Below, piece after piece: positions 1-10,838 of a stretch of 64,000 nucleotides of DNA. The translations under genes were made by a program, and so were the position numbers. Under the pieces are notes generated by a model that had not been told where the DNA came from, ran no database searches, and saw only the letters and a list, made by a program, of their open reading frames with translations. Every line of letters begins with the position of its first letter. Position 1 is the stretch's first letter. The DNA is from Candidatus Latescibacterota bacterium (GTDB lineage: Bacteria; Latescibacterota; UBA2968): positions 1 through 64,000 of the forward strand of contig JAYODI010000022.1 in NCBI GenBank assembly GCA_038279365.1, given 5' to 3'.

Positions 1-112
1 GCTTTGCGGGCGGCCGTTGGTTTTGGCATAAATTTTGGAAAACCCTAAGACGTTAGAGACCATTTCCATTTGCCGATCTCTTCGGAGGTCGGCTTTGTTA
101 TGTACTCAAAAA

Positions 113-1525
113 ATGATGAATTTTTTTCACAGGCGAATTGGTGTTAGGATTGTTGTGAGCTTTTGTGCCCTTGTGCTTTTGTTGGTGGGCGGAGGAGGAT
201 GGAGTCTTTATCGATTGGCCTTGGATCAGTTTGAACGCCAAATGGCCGACCACTTGGTATCTGTTTCTTTGTTAATTGCAGAAGGACTCGACGGAGATGT
301 GGTTGAACAAGTAGACCCACAATATGGTCTTTATGGGCGTTTGTTGGCCCATTTGGAAAAGATGCGGGTTCGAGTGGGGGCGGCACGTATTGTGGTTTTT
401 AGGCAAGATGGAAGCCGTTTATTGGACACGGGTGTAAAAGGTGCATTTGGTCAACCTTATGCGCGTTTTGCATTTGATCGCAATGAGATCAGTCGCGTTT
501 GGTTGGGGGAACCTTCACATTCGGTGGCATTTTATGATGCCAATGGGGTTGCTTTTCAAACAGGGTATGCCCCATTGTTTCGTGGGGCGAAGGTCATTGC
601 TGTGGTGGCTGTCGATTTGGGAGTGGGGTTTGTGGGGGCTGTGGAAGCCTTTCGTAAGTCGGTTTATATATTGGGTGGGGTTGGGGTTTTGCTGACAGTG
701 GTTGTTGGTTTTGTATTAAGCAAGACGCTTACCCGGCCCATTGGGCAATTGGTGCGTGCGGCGCAAGCGATTGGTCAAGGTCAGTTGGATCAAGGTGTGG
801 TGGTTTCGACACAAGATGAATTGGGTGCATTGGGAAATACCTTGGATGTGATGCGCCAACAGTTGGTGGCACGCGATGAACAGTTGCGACAAATGCTTGG
901 CGGGGTTGCGCACGAAATTCGCAATCCATTGGGGGGCATTGAGTTGTATGCCAGTTTTATTGCCGATGATTTGGACGAGAATGACCCGCGCCGAGAACAT
1001 ATCTTGAAGGTGATTGCAGAAGTTCGTAATTTAAACCGGGTCATTACAGATTTTTTAACTTTTGCAAGGCCCTTAACCTTAGACCCCGAACCTGTTAAGC
1101 TTAAAGATGTGGTCGTTGATGCTTTGTTTTTGCTGGCCCCCGAAATGGAACGGGCTTCTGTGCGAGAAGTGAGTCACTTGGATTTTGATGGTGATGTGTT
1201 GGCCGATATGGTGCAGTTAAAGGGGGCTGTGGTGAATGTGGTTAAAAATGCGATACAAGCAATGCCCAATGGCGGCACTCTGACTGTTTGTCTTGAACAG
1301 ATTGCAGGGCAAGTAGTGCTTCAAATAAGCGATACGGGCAAAGGCATGTCGGAACAAGATAAGGCCCGTATTTTTGAACCCTTTTTTACAACCAAAGAAC
1401 AAGGTTCGGGATTGGGGTTGCCCATTGTGAAACAGATATTAGATAGGCATCGTGCGCAATTAAAAATTGAGACCGAACCCAATGTTGGGACTGTGGTAGA
1501 AATGATATTTGAGGGGATGGCATGA
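113..1525 (+). CDS. HAMP-domain sensor histidine kinase (NtrB/AtoS-like)
   Basis: Two TM segments flank a periplasmic domain; HAMP (LTRPI...DELGAL); H-box AHEIRNPL; N-box NVVKNAIQAM; G1 DTGKGM; F-box FEPFFTTK; G2 GSGLGL. Start moved to ATG 113. Confidence 0.93.
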   Translation: MMNFFHRRIGVRIVVSFCALVLLLVGGGGWSLYRLALDQFERQMADHLVSVSLLIAEGLDGDVVEQVDPQYGLYGRLLAHLEKMRVRVGAARIVVFRQDGSRLLDTGVKGAFGQPYARFAFDRNEISRVWLGEPSHSVAFYDANGVAFQTGYAPLFRGAKVIAVVAVDLGVGFVGAVEAFRKSVYILGGVGVLLTVVVGFVLSKTLTRPIGQLVRAAQAIGQGQLDQGVVVSTQDELGALGNTLDVMRQQLVARDEQLRQMLGGVAHEIRNPLGGIELYASFIADDLDENDPRREHILKVIAEVRNLNRVITDFLTFARPLTLDPEPVKLKDVVVDALFLLAPEMERASVREVSHLDFDGDVLADMVQLKGAVVNVVKNAIQAMPNGGTLTVCLEQIAGQVVLQISDTGKGMSEQDKARIFEPFFTTKEQGSGLGLPIVKQILDRHRAQLKIETEPNVGTVVEMIFEGMA

Positions 1526-2907
1526 GTCGAATTTTGGTAATTGATGATCATGAGACAATGCGTGGGGGGGTGCGGGTGGCATTGGAGCGCCAAGGACATG
1601 AGGTGTTGGCGGTTGCCGATGGCAAAACGGGCTTGGCGCATTTGGAAAAAGCCGACTTTGATTTGGTAATTACAGATTATAAGATGGATGGCCTCGATGG
1701 TTTGGGCGTATTGACGGCTATTTTGGAACGTGGAGTAGACACAGATGTGATAGTGATGACGGCCTATGGCAGTGTGGATTTGGCAGTAGAGGCTATGAAA
1801 AAGGGGGCTGTCGATTTTGTGAGCAAGCCTTTTTCGCCAGACGTTATTCAGTTGAAAGTGGACAAGGCATTGTCACACAGGCAAGTACGCGCATCACATG
1901 ATCGATTAAAAGAAGAAAATGCCTATTTGAAAACCGAAATTGACGAACGTTTTAACTTTGGCGAAATGGTGGGCGCAGATGCTTCGATGAATGCCGTGTT
2001 TGAACGTGTCAAAAAAGCGGCTCCTATTGATTCTGTGGTGTTGGTGTTGGGTGAAAGTGGCACGGGTAAAGAATTGGTGGCACGGGCCATTCATCAATCT
2101 GGGCCACGTCGACATGGGCCATTTGTAAAGGTGAACTGTGGTGCTTTGCCCAAGGATTTGGTGGAAGGCGAATTGTTTGGCCATGAAAAAGGGGCATTTA
2201 CAGGTGCCGTAAAAGACAAAAGAGGGCGTTTTGAATTGGCTGATGGTGGCACTATTTTTTTGGATGAAGTTGGCGATTTGCCTTTGGATGCTCAGGTGAA
2301 GCTGTTGCGCGTTTTACAAGAGAAAGAATTTGAACGTTTGGGGGGCGAAAAGACATTGCAGGTGGATGTGCGTGTGATTGCGGCAACAAATCGAGAATTA
2401 AAAGAAATGGTCGCCGAAGGATTGTTTCGAGAAGATTTGTATTACCGTTTGGAAGTCATACCAATTACTTTGCCGCCATTGCGCAAACGAAAAAGCGATG
2501 TGCCAAACTTGGTGGAACACTTTTTGCGTAAAAAAAGTGCAGAATTGGGCATGAAACCCAAAACCATCACTGAGACGGCTTTGACTATGTTAAAAGCCTA
2601 TCATTGGCCAGGCAATGTGCGAGAATTGGAAAACCTTATAGAGCGGTTGTTGGTACTCTCTGATGGCGATGAAATTGGGGTGGCAGATTTGCCTTTTGAT
2701 GAAGCTGAGGTGTCTGAAGCACCACCAGTGGTTTTGGACGGTGAAAGTTTGTCGTTAAATGCCCGATTAGACAGTTTGGAGCGGGATTTAATTGTTCAAG
2801 CTTTGGAGCAGGCTGAGGGGGTAAAAACACGTGCAGCAGAGCTTTTAGGTGTAAAAACAAGTGCATTATATTATAAACTCGACAAATATGGTTTGGGCGA
2901 CCGTTAG
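1522..2907 (+). CDS. sigma54-dependent response regulator (NtrC/AtoC/ZraR family)
   Basis: REC domain (IDD, TDYKM, KPF); AAA+ Walker A GESGTGKE; GAFTGA loop; Walker B FLDEV; WPGNVREL; C-terminal Fis-like HTH. ATGA overlap with the kinase. Confidence 0.95.
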   Translation: MSRILVIDDHETMRGGVRVALERQGHEVLAVADGKTGLAHLEKADFDLVITDYKMDGLDGLGVLTAILERGVDTDVIVMTAYGSVDLAVEAMKKGAVDFVSKPFSPDVIQLKVDKALSHRQVRASHDRLKEENAYLKTEIDERFNFGEMVGADASMNAVFERVKKAAPIDSVVLVLGESGTGKELVARAIHQSGPRRHGPFVKVNCGALPKDLVEGELFGHEKGAFTGAVKDKRGRFELADGGTIFLDEVGDLPLDAQVKLLRVLQEKEFERLGGEKTLQVDVRVIAATNRELKEMVAEGLFREDLYYRLEVIPITLPPLRKRKSDVPNLVEHFLRKKSAELGMKPKTITETALTMLKAYHWPGNVRELENLIERLLVLSDGDEIGVADLPFDEAEVSEAPPVVLDGESLSLNARLDSLERDLIVQALEQAEGVKTRAAELLGVKTSALYYKLDKYGLGDR

Positions 2908-2986
2908 AAGGTTTGAGATGAAACATCATTTTTTGAAAAATCCATTTTGTCATCTTGGTGCGCGTATTTGGCAACAGATTTATTCG

Positions 2987-4015
2987 ATGCGCTGTTATGT
3001 GACTTTGCCTGTTGTCTTATGGGTTTTGCTTGGTTCTGTGCAGGGGGCTGAGTTGGATCGCATTGTTGTGTTGCAAGATTCACTTGTGGATTTGCAAAAT
3101 CAACGCGACTCTTTGCAGTTTCAACAAGTTGTTTTGCAAACAAAAACTGACAGCTTGGCACGAGAAGTGAATGCCTTAAAACAAGCTCATGTGGGTGGCG
3201 CCGCTTCCGGACAGCTTGCACAAGCCCTGCGCCAGTCTCTGCTTTTGACCGTAAAGTTAGAAGCACTTTATCAGGAAGAAATAATTGTTGGACAGTCGAT
3301 TGAGAGAATTCGCTCAACTTTTCGCGAAGCTTGTGATGCCGAAATTGATCGTTTAATTGGGGCATTGCAGACCCAACCCGATTCTGGCACGGTTGTGCAA
3401 CTCCAAGCATTGCGTGCGCTGCGCAAAGGGTTGGATGTGCCAAATGGGCAACGTGTTGTGCCCCAAGTAACCGTGGATGCTGATGACACGCCTGATGATA
3501 TTCGTCTTAAGGCGGAGTTTATGGCTGATGTGGCTTTGCAATTGCAAAACCAAAAGGCAGATGTCGATCGCCAGCTCAAACGATTGGTTGAAGAACAGCG
3601 CTTGCGTGGCAGGTTGATGTCTTTTACAAACGAGTTTGGGTTGTTTGATGAGGCTTTGCCACAAGGCCGGTCTGTGGTGGCGCAAGCGGCATCAGAAACG
3701 GCTACGGGGTCTGTAGAGACCTCACAAGACCCGAACCTGGGATTTGTTGGTCTTGTTCCCCCTTCGAGGGAGGACGCTAAGATAGAGGCCTCTGTGCCAG
3801 ATGGTGTGGGGGCGACCACAGTGGATATTGGGCGCGAAGTGACTTTGGAGGCACTCAGCCGCTCAGAGGGAGATCCAAAAGATGATTTGGCTGGAGAGAT
3901 CCAGCGCTTGCGTATGCGCCAAGAGGCATTAATTCTTCAAGAAAAGCAAGTGCAAGACCGTGTCACACGGTTACAAGCTTATCTCAAGCAATTGTTAGAG
4001 GGGCAAACACCGTGA
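2987..4015 (+). CDS. secreted coiled-coil hypothetical protein
   Basis: Signal peptide-like N-terminus from ATG 2987 (…LLGSVQGA); several Q/L/E-rich heptad segments; overlaps the next gene. Confidence 0.7.
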   Translation: MRCYVTLPVVLWVLLGSVQGAELDRIVVLQDSLVDLQNQRDSLQFQQVVLQTKTDSLAREVNALKQAHVGGAASGQLAQALRQSLLLTVKLEALYQEEIIVGQSIERIRSTFREACDAEIDRLIGALQTQPDSGTVVQLQALRALRKGLDVPNGQRVVPQVTVDADDTPDDIRLKAEFMADVALQLQNQKADVDRQLKRLVEEQRLRGRLMSFTNEFGLFDEALPQGRSVVAQAASETATGSVETSQDPNLGFVGLVPPSREDAKIEASVPDGVGATTVDIGREVTLEALSRSEGDPKDDLAGEIQRLRMRQEALILQEKQVQDRVTRLQAYLKQLLEGQTP

Positions 4016-5064
4016 GGATTATGGGATGGGTGTGGGTGACTGTGTTATTATGGGGCTGGTCAGCATATGCTGCCGATGTGCAAATTTCGAGCACCCTGTC
4101 TTATGACAGCAACTTGTATGAGGTCTTACGCAAGGGGCAAGGTGGTATGAGCAGCCGTGTATCAGTTACGGCAAAGGGTGTGGTTTGGCGTGGGCCTAAA
4201 GGGGCCATCCAAATAGAACAACAAGCAGGTTTTCAACGCCCTTGGTCTAAGGCATTGGGGCAGTCACAAGCGGGAGATGTGTTTGTTGAGCAGTTTTTTG
4301 TTCATGGGGTTATGCCCATAGGAAAAGGTCTGTTTGGGATTCGTTCTGGGCTAAAGTTTAAGGAAGCCACGCGTGTTCCGAGTGAAGAAAGTTATTTGCG
4401 AGCGGGTGTGGATGGCGACTTTGCTTTTCCGCTTGGAAAACGTCTGATGAGTCGGGTGCGTTTTGGGATTGGAGGCGATGATTCGCGTGATGTGTTGTTG
4501 CCTGAAACACATTATGAAACGGCAGGGTTAGACTTAACCTATTCTAAACAGCGGAATCTTTCGGTTCATTTGCGTATTTTGAAACGTTGGATAGATTATG
4601 ACCGACTGGCATTACAGGTGAATGATGTTGGCCAAATAGCAGCCCTAAAGGAAAAACAGAGAGATCGGGCGTCATCTGTGACGATTGGGTTTCAGGCTTT
4701 TGTGGGCATGTTGATTCAGGCAGATTATGCGTTTTTGCGCAATCAATCTAACAGTTTTGGGTATGCCTATTGGGCGCATCGCATACAGGGTATGGTGGTT
4801 CGCCATGTGGGCAAAGGCATTGATGCACAGGTTTTTATACAATTTCATGTGCGTTTTTACGATGAAGATTTTCCAACCTTATTGGGGGGAATAACAGAAA
4901 CCGATGCCTATGAGCAAAGCATTGCCGTTTTAAAGCTGTCGCGGCAAATTTCTGCAAAACACACCCTGTCGGGACAATATGGTTTTTATAGAAATGGTGC
5001 CCGACAAGGTGATGGATTTTATCGCAAACATTTGTTTTCTATTGTTTTTGAGACAAAAATGTAA
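4012..5064 (+). CDS. putative outer-membrane beta-barrel protein
   Basis: Signal peptide (…WSAYA); alternating hydrophobic strands with aromatic residues; YDSN near the N-terminus; terminal strand HLFSIVFETKM. Confidence 0.65.
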   Translation: MRIMGWVWVTVLLWGWSAYAADVQISSTLSYDSNLYEVLRKGQGGMSSRVSVTAKGVVWRGPKGAIQIEQQAGFQRPWSKALGQSQAGDVFVEQFFVHGVMPIGKGLFGIRSGLKFKEATRVPSEESYLRAGVDGDFAFPLGKRLMSRVRFGIGGDDSRDVLLPETHYETAGLDLTYSKQRNLSVHLRILKRWIDYDRLALQVNDVGQIAALKEKQRDRASSVTIGFQAFVGMLIQADYAFLRNQSNSFGYAYWAHRIQGMVVRHVGKGIDAQVFIQFHVRFYDEDFPTLLGGITETDAYEQSIAVLKLSRQISAKHTLSGQYGFYRNGARQGDGFYRKHLFSIVFETKM

Positions 5065-5098
5065 TCTTAAATGACACAACGCGGATAAGGAGAAATAA

Positions 5099-6004
5099 AT
5101 GGCCCGTCAAAGCGTAGTCGATATTGCCCCTTTGCCCCAAAGACAATTTGGAAAAACGGGTGAAACCGTGCCCATTTTGGGTTTGGGATCTGCACCTGGT
5201 GGGATGGGATTGCCCGATGTGGAAGCAATTGAACTGTATCATGCCGCCTTGGATTTGGGGGTGACTTATTTGGACACCGCACCAGGGTATGATAAGGCAC
5301 AGGTGCAATTGGGGCAGGTCATGAATAAGCGGCGAGACGAGGCTTTTTTGGTAACCAAAACCTTTGCGTCTGAAGGCAAAAAGGCCACTGAAATATTGGA
5401 GCAAAGTTTGCGTGATTTGCAAACCGACCAGGTCGATTTGGCCTTTGTGCATTCGGTAAGCAGTTTGGATGTTGATCAAGTATTGGCACCAGATGGGGCA
5501 TTGGCGGCTCTCAGAAATGCCCAAAAACGTGGTTTGGTTCGTTTTGTAGGCATTACCTGCCATGCGCGCCCGTGGAAGGCCGTTAAGATATTAAAAGCAG
5601 AAAATGTGGATGCGGTGATGTTTGCAATGAATTATGTGGATCGGCATACCTATAATTTCCAGGGTGAGGCACTGGCACTGGCAGTGGCGCAAGAAGCGGG
5701 CATTGCAGCCATGAAAGTATATGGTGGGGCGCCGGGGATGAAATATGAAGGTCCAACCCCCTCTATGTTGGGGATGGCACACCCCGATCGTTTAGAAACA
5801 GCTTTGCATTATGCGCTGGGTCTTAAGGGCGTTGGAACGGCTGTTGTGGGCATGTTTTCGATTGCCGAATTGGAACAAAATATTGCTTGGGCAAGAAACT
5901 ATCAGCCCCTCTCTGCAAATCAATTGGCAGTGATCGATCGTGAGGGGCAAGATTTGGCAAAAGAATGGGGCGAACACTTTGGCCCATTGGCAGGAGATGA
6001 ATAG
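5099..6004 (+). CDS. aldo/keto reductase
   Basis: FGKTGETVPILGLG, LDTAPGY, FLVTK, SLRDLQTDQVDL, VRFVGIT; RBS AAGGAG. Confidence 0.92.
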   Translation: MARQSVVDIAPLPQRQFGKTGETVPILGLGSAPGGMGLPDVEAIELYHAALDLGVTYLDTAPGYDKAQVQLGQVMNKRRDEAFLVTKTFASEGKKATEILEQSLRDLQTDQVDLAFVHSVSSLDVDQVLAPDGALAALRNAQKRGLVRFVGITCHARPWKAVKILKAENVDAVMFAMNYVDRHTYNFQGEALALAVAQEAGIAAMKVYGGAPGMKYEGPTPSMLGMAHPDRLETALHYALGLKGVGTAVVGMFSIAELEQNIAWARNYQPLSANQLAVIDREGQDLAKEWGEHFGPLAGDE

Positions 6005-6028
6005 CCCTTGTGTTAAAGAGTTATAACG

Positions 6029-6075
6029 ACCCCATCAGAAAACTGAGAAGAATCAGACTTCTGATGGGGTTTTTT
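6029..6075 (+). terminator. intrinsic terminator
   Basis: Stem ACCCCATCAGAA/TTCTGATGGGGT followed by a T-run. Confidence 0.75.
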
Positions 6076-6128
6076 GTTGGATGACTGTCTTTTTGTGTGA
6101 ATATCTGTGTTTTATAAGGTTTGTTGCG

Positions 6129-6145
6129 TTGGTACAGGGGTTGCA
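6129..6145 (+). promoter_or_regulatory. putative sigma54 -24/-12 promoter
   Basis: TTGGTACAGGGGTTGCA = GG-N10-GC with TGG.AC and TTGCA; lies after a terminator and about 25 nt before ATG 6170. Confidence 0.6.
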
Positions 6146-6169
6146 TTGTGTGTGGGAAGGAGGTAGGAC

Positions 6170-6616
6170 ATGAAAAATTTAGGATATGTTTTTGTGTGTT
6201 TGGGGGTGTTGTTGGGAGAGAGGGGTGTTTGGGCAATGGAACCCACCACAAAGCCCCCACAGGTGGATATCAATGCATTGGTGGTTGAATATCGCTTGCG
6301 GGTGCAGGCACAAGGGTTTGTTTCTGATTTGACGCTTTTTGACGATATGGGCATGTTAGGGCGGGCTGTTACAATGCCTCTATCTGCAAGTGACAGTAAA
6401 GAGACCCTTGTCCCGAATGGTGGGCGTGACCCGGAATCATCTGGAACGAGTGGTATTTTGGCTACGCCATCTGTTCAATTGGAGATGAGCGGTGGTTTGG
6501 ACCCCCTGTTGGATATGCAAGTGAGGATCGAGGCACTTAAAAAAGAATTGGATCAAGTGTCACATCCGTTAAATACAAATCAGAAAATTGAGAAGACTGA
6601 AAAAAATAAAAGATGA
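6170..6616 (+). CDS. secreted hypothetical protein
   Basis: Strong RBS AAGGAGG; signal peptide-like N-terminus (…GVWA); short C-terminal coiled coil. Confidence 0.65.
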   Translation: MKNLGYVFVCLGVLLGERGVWAMEPTTKPPQVDINALVVEYRLRVQAQGFVSDLTLFDDMGMLGRAVTMPLSASDSKETLVPNGGRDPESSGTSGILATPSVQLEMSGGLDPLLDMQVRIEALKKELDQVSHPLNTNQKIEKTEKNKR

Positions 6617-6700
6617 ATCAAAATGTAATTAAGTTGGTGAGCACAATAGCTTGTGAAGACATCGCACTTTTATTGGGCACCTTTGAATAAAATACAGTCT

Positions 6701-6778
6701 GCGATCGGCATTGCGCTCACCCGTCCTTGCCTTTGGGGGAGGGGATAAGCTGACCACTGATCGCTGATTGCTGATCGC
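6701..6778. repeat. heptamer tandem repeat within an imperfect hairpin
   Basis: GCTGACC-ACTGATC-GCTGATT-GCTGATC at 6749-6776; GCGATCGGCA (6701) can pair with TGCTGATCGC (6769-6778). Confidence 0.55.
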
Positions 6779-7009
6779 CAGTGGATTCGATAAACTCACA
6801 AATTATTTTTCATCAATACTTAATGTATTGTTTTTCAATTGTTTGTTTTTTTTATGCAAAAATGGAATTTTCTATCTAAGAAATGGGTGTGACGGTCTTA
6901 AATGATTTAAGTTGTGATTGTGAGATTTGAATACTATTTTAATTGAGTCCTTTTAAAGCGCGTGCTTTGGGGCTCTTTTTTTTGACCTTATCCTTTGGTG
7001 GTGTATATT

Positions 7010-8989
7010 ATGGCACTTACGGAACCCAAAATGAAAAAAGCTGAAACGCCCCAAACCGTGCGGGTGAGTGTGGCCATACTCACATTGTTCACGCTGGTGT
7101 TTGCGTGTGTGATGGCAACCTATGTCGAATTTCAATTGCGGTCTGCCCATATGGCGATGGCCAATTTGCCATTGGTTGTTCTTTTGCCATTTGTTTTTTG
7201 GCTTTTGGGAAACAGTTTGTTGAAGCGTTTTGCACCCCAGCTGTCTCTTAATACAATTGAATTGCGTGTTATATTTGGTGCTCTATGGGTTGGTGGCACG
7301 TTTGCTGGATACAATTGGGCCACGCAGTGGGTGGGTACCATGGCTGCGCCGCGTTATTATGCATCTCCGGAAAACCGTTGGTTGGATTTGATTTTTGAAT
7401 ATTTGCCGTGGTGGATGTACCCAGTGGATGCCCCCGGTGTGGTGGATCGGTTTTATACGGGGTTGAACCCCAACGAGGTTTTACCTTGGGGGGCGTGGTT
7501 GGGGCCTTTGTTTTGGGCTTTGTCTGCGGCATTTGCGATGACAGCCATTGGCGTGGGCATTACGGCCATTTTTCAAAAGCAATGGACAGATCACGAACGT
7601 TTGTCTTTTCCATTGGCACAGGTGCCAATGGCGTTAACAGAAGGGTTTGATCAGCGTCGCGGGTGGCCACCCTTTATGAAAAATTGGATGTTTTGGGTGG
7701 GGTTTGGTGTGGCTGCTGTGCCCGTGTTGTTTAATATTGTTGAATATTTTGTCACAGGTTTTCCGCGTATTGCCATATTTGATGCATATTTTGGGCCTGG
7801 TGGGCCACGCGGCGCATCTGTTTCACGGTATTTTGACGATGTGTCTTATCGGTTGTTGCCTACGGTTATGGGGTTTACGTTTTTATGTGATTTGAATATC
7901 TTGTTTAGCATTTGGTCGCTTTATGTGGTGGGGCTTGGCGTGCGTTATGGCATGAATCGGGTTGGGTTTGCCATTGGTTTGAGTGGGCAAGAAGCCAAGA
8001 CCGGTGAGATTTTGGGGTTGTTTGTTCATGGTGTGATGATTGGGTTGGTCATTTGGGCCATTTGGGTGGCGCGGGGGCATTTGAAACGCGTGTGGCACCA
8101 AGTCTTACACCCGGTGCCCAATGATCAGTCAGATACAGTTTTTGTCTCTGCGCGTTGGGCTTTTTTTGCCCTTGTGGGTGGGGGCATATATATGTGGTTT
8201 TGGTTACACGCTGCAGGATATGGGTTGGTGATGGCGGGGGTTTGGCTGGTTTTGTTTTGGGTGGGTATTTTTGCGGTGATGAAATTTTTGTCGGCCAGTG
8301 GATTTGCCTATTTGTTTCCCAATTGGGGGCACGCCATTCCGACCATTGTTGCTGGTACATCGCGTATGGCAGATTCTACTTTGGTAGCCATGCGGGTTGT
8401 GGGGTGGCGTTTGCTTTCTGGGTGGCGTTTGCCTGCGGTTTTGCCCCATATTGAACGGTTGTTGGGGGGCAATGTGAATGCCAAGTTTTTTATTTTTGGA
8501 TGTGTGCTGGTAGGTGGGGTGACATCGGCGGTCTACACAATTTGGCTGTGTTACGTTGGAGGTGGAGCAACTTTTCAGACTTGGTCTTTGGTGGGCGCAC
8601 CCGTGGGGTTGTATGATGGCATTGCAAAAGTGGTTACAGAGACATCTGATCGAACCGTAACGGATCCTTCAAAAATTGTAGCGTGGCTTGTGGGCATCGG
8701 GGTTGCCCTTGTGATGACCCTTTTGCAAAGCCGTTTTGCTTGGTGGCCCTTGCATCCTTTGGGTGCAATGTTGATGTTTGATGGGTATGTGCGATTGTAC
8801 GCGTTGTGTATTTTCTTGGTTTGGTTGGCCAAATTGATCATCTTACACTTAGGCGGCATTGGTGTTTATCGGCGTACAAAACCATTAAGTTACGGTTTGA
8901 TTGTTGGATATGTATTTGCCATTGGGGTTTCGTTTGGCGTGGATTTGATCTTCTTCCCAAGCGGTGGACATTATGTGCACGGGTATTAG
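7010..8989 (+). CDS. DUF6785/DUF6784-like polytopic membrane protein (putative transporter)
   Basis: About 660 aa with many TMs; motifs YYASPEN.W, W.GPLFW, KQW...ERLSFPL.Q, WWPLHP.G; paralog at 48131. Confidence 0.75.
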   Translation: MALTEPKMKKAETPQTVRVSVAILTLFTLVFACVMATYVEFQLRSAHMAMANLPLVVLLPFVFWLLGNSLLKRFAPQLSLNTIELRVIFGALWVGGTFAGYNWATQWVGTMAAPRYYASPENRWLDLIFEYLPWWMYPVDAPGVVDRFYTGLNPNEVLPWGAWLGPLFWALSAAFAMTAIGVGITAIFQKQWTDHERLSFPLAQVPMALTEGFDQRRGWPPFMKNWMFWVGFGVAAVPVLFNIVEYFVTGFPRIAIFDAYFGPGGPRGASVSRYFDDVSYRLLPTVMGFTFLCDLNILFSIWSLYVVGLGVRYGMNRVGFAIGLSGQEAKTGEILGLFVHGVMIGLVIWAIWVARGHLKRVWHQVLHPVPNDQSDTVFVSARWAFFALVGGGIYMWFWLHAAGYGLVMAGVWLVLFWVGIFAVMKFLSASGFAYLFPNWGHAIPTIVAGTSRMADSTLVAMRVVGWRLLSGWRLPAVLPHIERLLGGNVNAKFFIFGCVLVGGVTSAVYTIWLCYVGGGATFQTWSLVGAPVGLYDGIAKVVTETSDRTVTDPSKIVAWLVGIGVALVMTLLQSRFAWWPLHPLGAMLMFDGYVRLYALCIFLVWLAKLIILHLGGIGVYRRTKPLSYGLIVGYVFAIGVSFGVDLIFFPSGGHYVHGY

Positions 8990-9000
8990 AAAGGGTGCGT

Positions 9001-9768
9001 GTGAGCGATTATTTGTCAGTTGATTTGCGCGGTTTACAAAAGGTTTTTGAGACAGACACCAACCGGGTTGTGGCATTGGAAGATGTGGTGCTTCAAATTT
9101 TTCCTGGTGAATTTGTGAGTATTATTGGTCCTTCGGGGTGTGGTAAGACCAGTATGATTCGCATTGTGGGGGATCTGGATACGGCTTCGGGTGGGGTGGT
9201 ATTGGTGAATCAAAAAGAACCAGCCGAGGCTCGCAAAGCCCGTGAAGTGGGGTTTGTTTTTCAAAGCCCAGCGTTGTTGGAGTGGCGCAATGTGACTGAA
9301 AATGTGGCTCTGGCAGGGGAAATTTTTGGTGATGAAACCGTGTTGGCGCGCGTACAAGACATGATCGATATGGTGGGGTTGGCTGGGTTTGAGAAAGCTT
9401 ACCCTCGCGAATTGTCTGGGGGGATGCAATCGCGCGTGGCCATTGCACGGGCTTTGACGTTTCGCCCGTCTATTTTGTTAATGGATGAGCCCTTTGGTGC
9501 ATTGGATGAAATTACGCGTGAGCGTATGCAGCTTGAATTGTTACAAATTTGGCGAGAAACAAAGGCCACGGTGATGTTTATTACCCACAGCATTTCTGAG
9601 GCGTTGTTGCTTTCTGATCGTGTGGTGGTGATGTCTGCTCGCCCTGGGCGGATTATTGAAGATTTGAAAGTAGATTTTGGCAGGCCGCGCAGTGATGATT
9701 TGCGAGCCGATGTTACTTTTGTCAAAATGGAGGCTCATTTGAGAAAGCTATTGGAAACGGCGGGGTGA
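9001..9768 (+). CDS. ABC transporter ATP-binding protein, NitT/TauT family
   Basis: [49 protein letters not shown] start at 9001. Confidence 0.93.
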   Translation: MSDYLSVDLRGLQKVFETDTNRVVALEDVVLQIFPGEFVSIIGPSGCGKTSMIRIVGDLDTASGGVVLVNQKEPAEARKAREVGFVFQSPALLEWRNVTENVALAGEIFGDETVLARVQDMIDMVGLAGFEKAYPRELSGGMQSRVAIARALTFRPSILLMDEPFGALDEITRERMQLELLQIWRETKATVMFITHSISEALLLSDRVVVMSARPGRIIEDLKVDFGRPRSDDLRADVTFVKMEAHLRKLLETAG

Positions 9769-9794
9769 TGTTGGATATATGAATACTGGAAATT

Positions 9795-9830
9795 AAAAAC
9801 CGCCCATTGCACTTGCAATGGGCGGTTTTT
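9795..9830. terminator. bidirectional intrinsic terminator
   Basis: AAAAACCGCCCATTGCA-CT-TGCAATGGGCGGTTTTT between convergent genes. Confidence 0.9.
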
Positions 9831-9850
9831 GGTTTGCTGTTGGGTATCAA

Positions 9851-10822
9851 TTATCGATAGGCGTTGGTAAACAGTTTGGATAAATCTACTTTTTGATCTA
9901 TTTGCCCCAAATCAAACAACACATCTTGGGTGTGCGTCCAGCGATCCAACGATTGGGCCCCAAATCCATTGGTGGTTACATCGGCACTTTTGAGTATGGG
10001 AATCAGGGATTCAAAATTGGCGCGATTAAAGGCTTCGTCGCTTTCAGGGCGTTGGGCCATATAGGAAGCCACGGCTTCGTCGGGGTGATCTATGGCATAT
10101 TGCCAGCCTTTGATAGAGGCTTGTAAGAAGCGTTTGGCCAAATCGCCATTTTCTTGTAAGAATGTTTCATTTGCAATGATGTTGGTGCTGTAAACGTCTA
10201 CGCCATATTCTGCCAGTGCCAAGCGACTGACCTTGTAACCGCGTTGCTCCACGATAACGGGTTGGTCTTCGGTATACCCCAGCATCGCGTCAACTTGGTC
10301 TGCCAACAGTGGTGCGGGGCTGGCTTCACTCATGCCCATGAGTTCAATTTGGTCCTCGCTGATGTTTTGCTTGCGCAAAAAAGCTTGAAACTCACGGTGT
10401 TTGGTGCCGCCCACATTAACCCCAATGCGTTTGCCAATGAGGTCTTTGGGTTCTTTTATATTTTTTTCAGTGAGGGCATAAACAACCACTGGCGAATGTT
10501 GATTGATAACAGCCAAAGACACTATGGGGATGCCCTGGGCACGTGCCATAACCGTTGCGGCACCGCTGGCAACGCCCAATTTATAGGTGCCATTGCCAAC
10601 CACGCGGGCTGCGGTTGGGGCGCCCGTTCCTTCAAGTATGTTGATGTCGATGCCGACCTCTTCATAGAACCCTTTTGTTTTGGCCACAAAAAAACCTGCG
10701 TGCTCCATTTGGGCTTTCCAGTCGAGAATGAGCTCTACTTGGTCATTGGAGTCGGTATTTGATTGGGCACATGCCATGAAGGTGCAGGTGAGCAAGAGAA
10801 TGATTTTTTTTAAACCGTTCAT
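9851..10822 (-). CDS. ABC substrate-binding lipoprotein, NMT1/THI5-like
   Basis: Lipobox FMAC after MNGLKK; LDW…HAGFFVA…KGFY; PKDLIGKRIG; FLQASIKGWQYA. Confidence 0.88.
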   Translation of the reverse strand: MNGLKKIILLLTCTFMACAQSNTDSNDQVELILDWKAQMEHAGFFVAKTKGFYEEVGIDINILEGTGAPTAARVVGNGTYKLGVASGAATVMARAQGIPIVSLAVINQHSPVVVYALTEKNIKEPKDLIGKRIGVNVGGTKHREFQAFLRKQNISEDQIELMGMSEASPAPLLADQVDAMLGYTEDQPVIVEQRGYKVSRLALAEYGVDVYSTNIIANETFLQENGDLAKRFLQASIKGWQYAIDHPDEAVASYMAQRPESDEAFNRANFESLIPILKSADVTTNGFGAQSLDRWTHTQDVLFDLGQIDQKVDLSKLFTNAYR

Positions 10823-10838
10823 ATATGAGATACTCCAC

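Noticed and set aside
23-39. sigma54-like TTGGCATAAATTTTGG upstream of the kinase
   Set aside because: The -12 position is GG rather than GC, and upstream context is cut off by the window edge.
6613-6690. 25-codon ORF overlapping the stop of the 6170 gene (ATGA)
   Set aside because: Too short, with no recognisable motif.
6853-6865. 13-mer TATGCAAAAATGG also found at 14233
   Set aside because: Plausible by chance in AT-rich intergenic DNA; no sigma54 site follows this copy.
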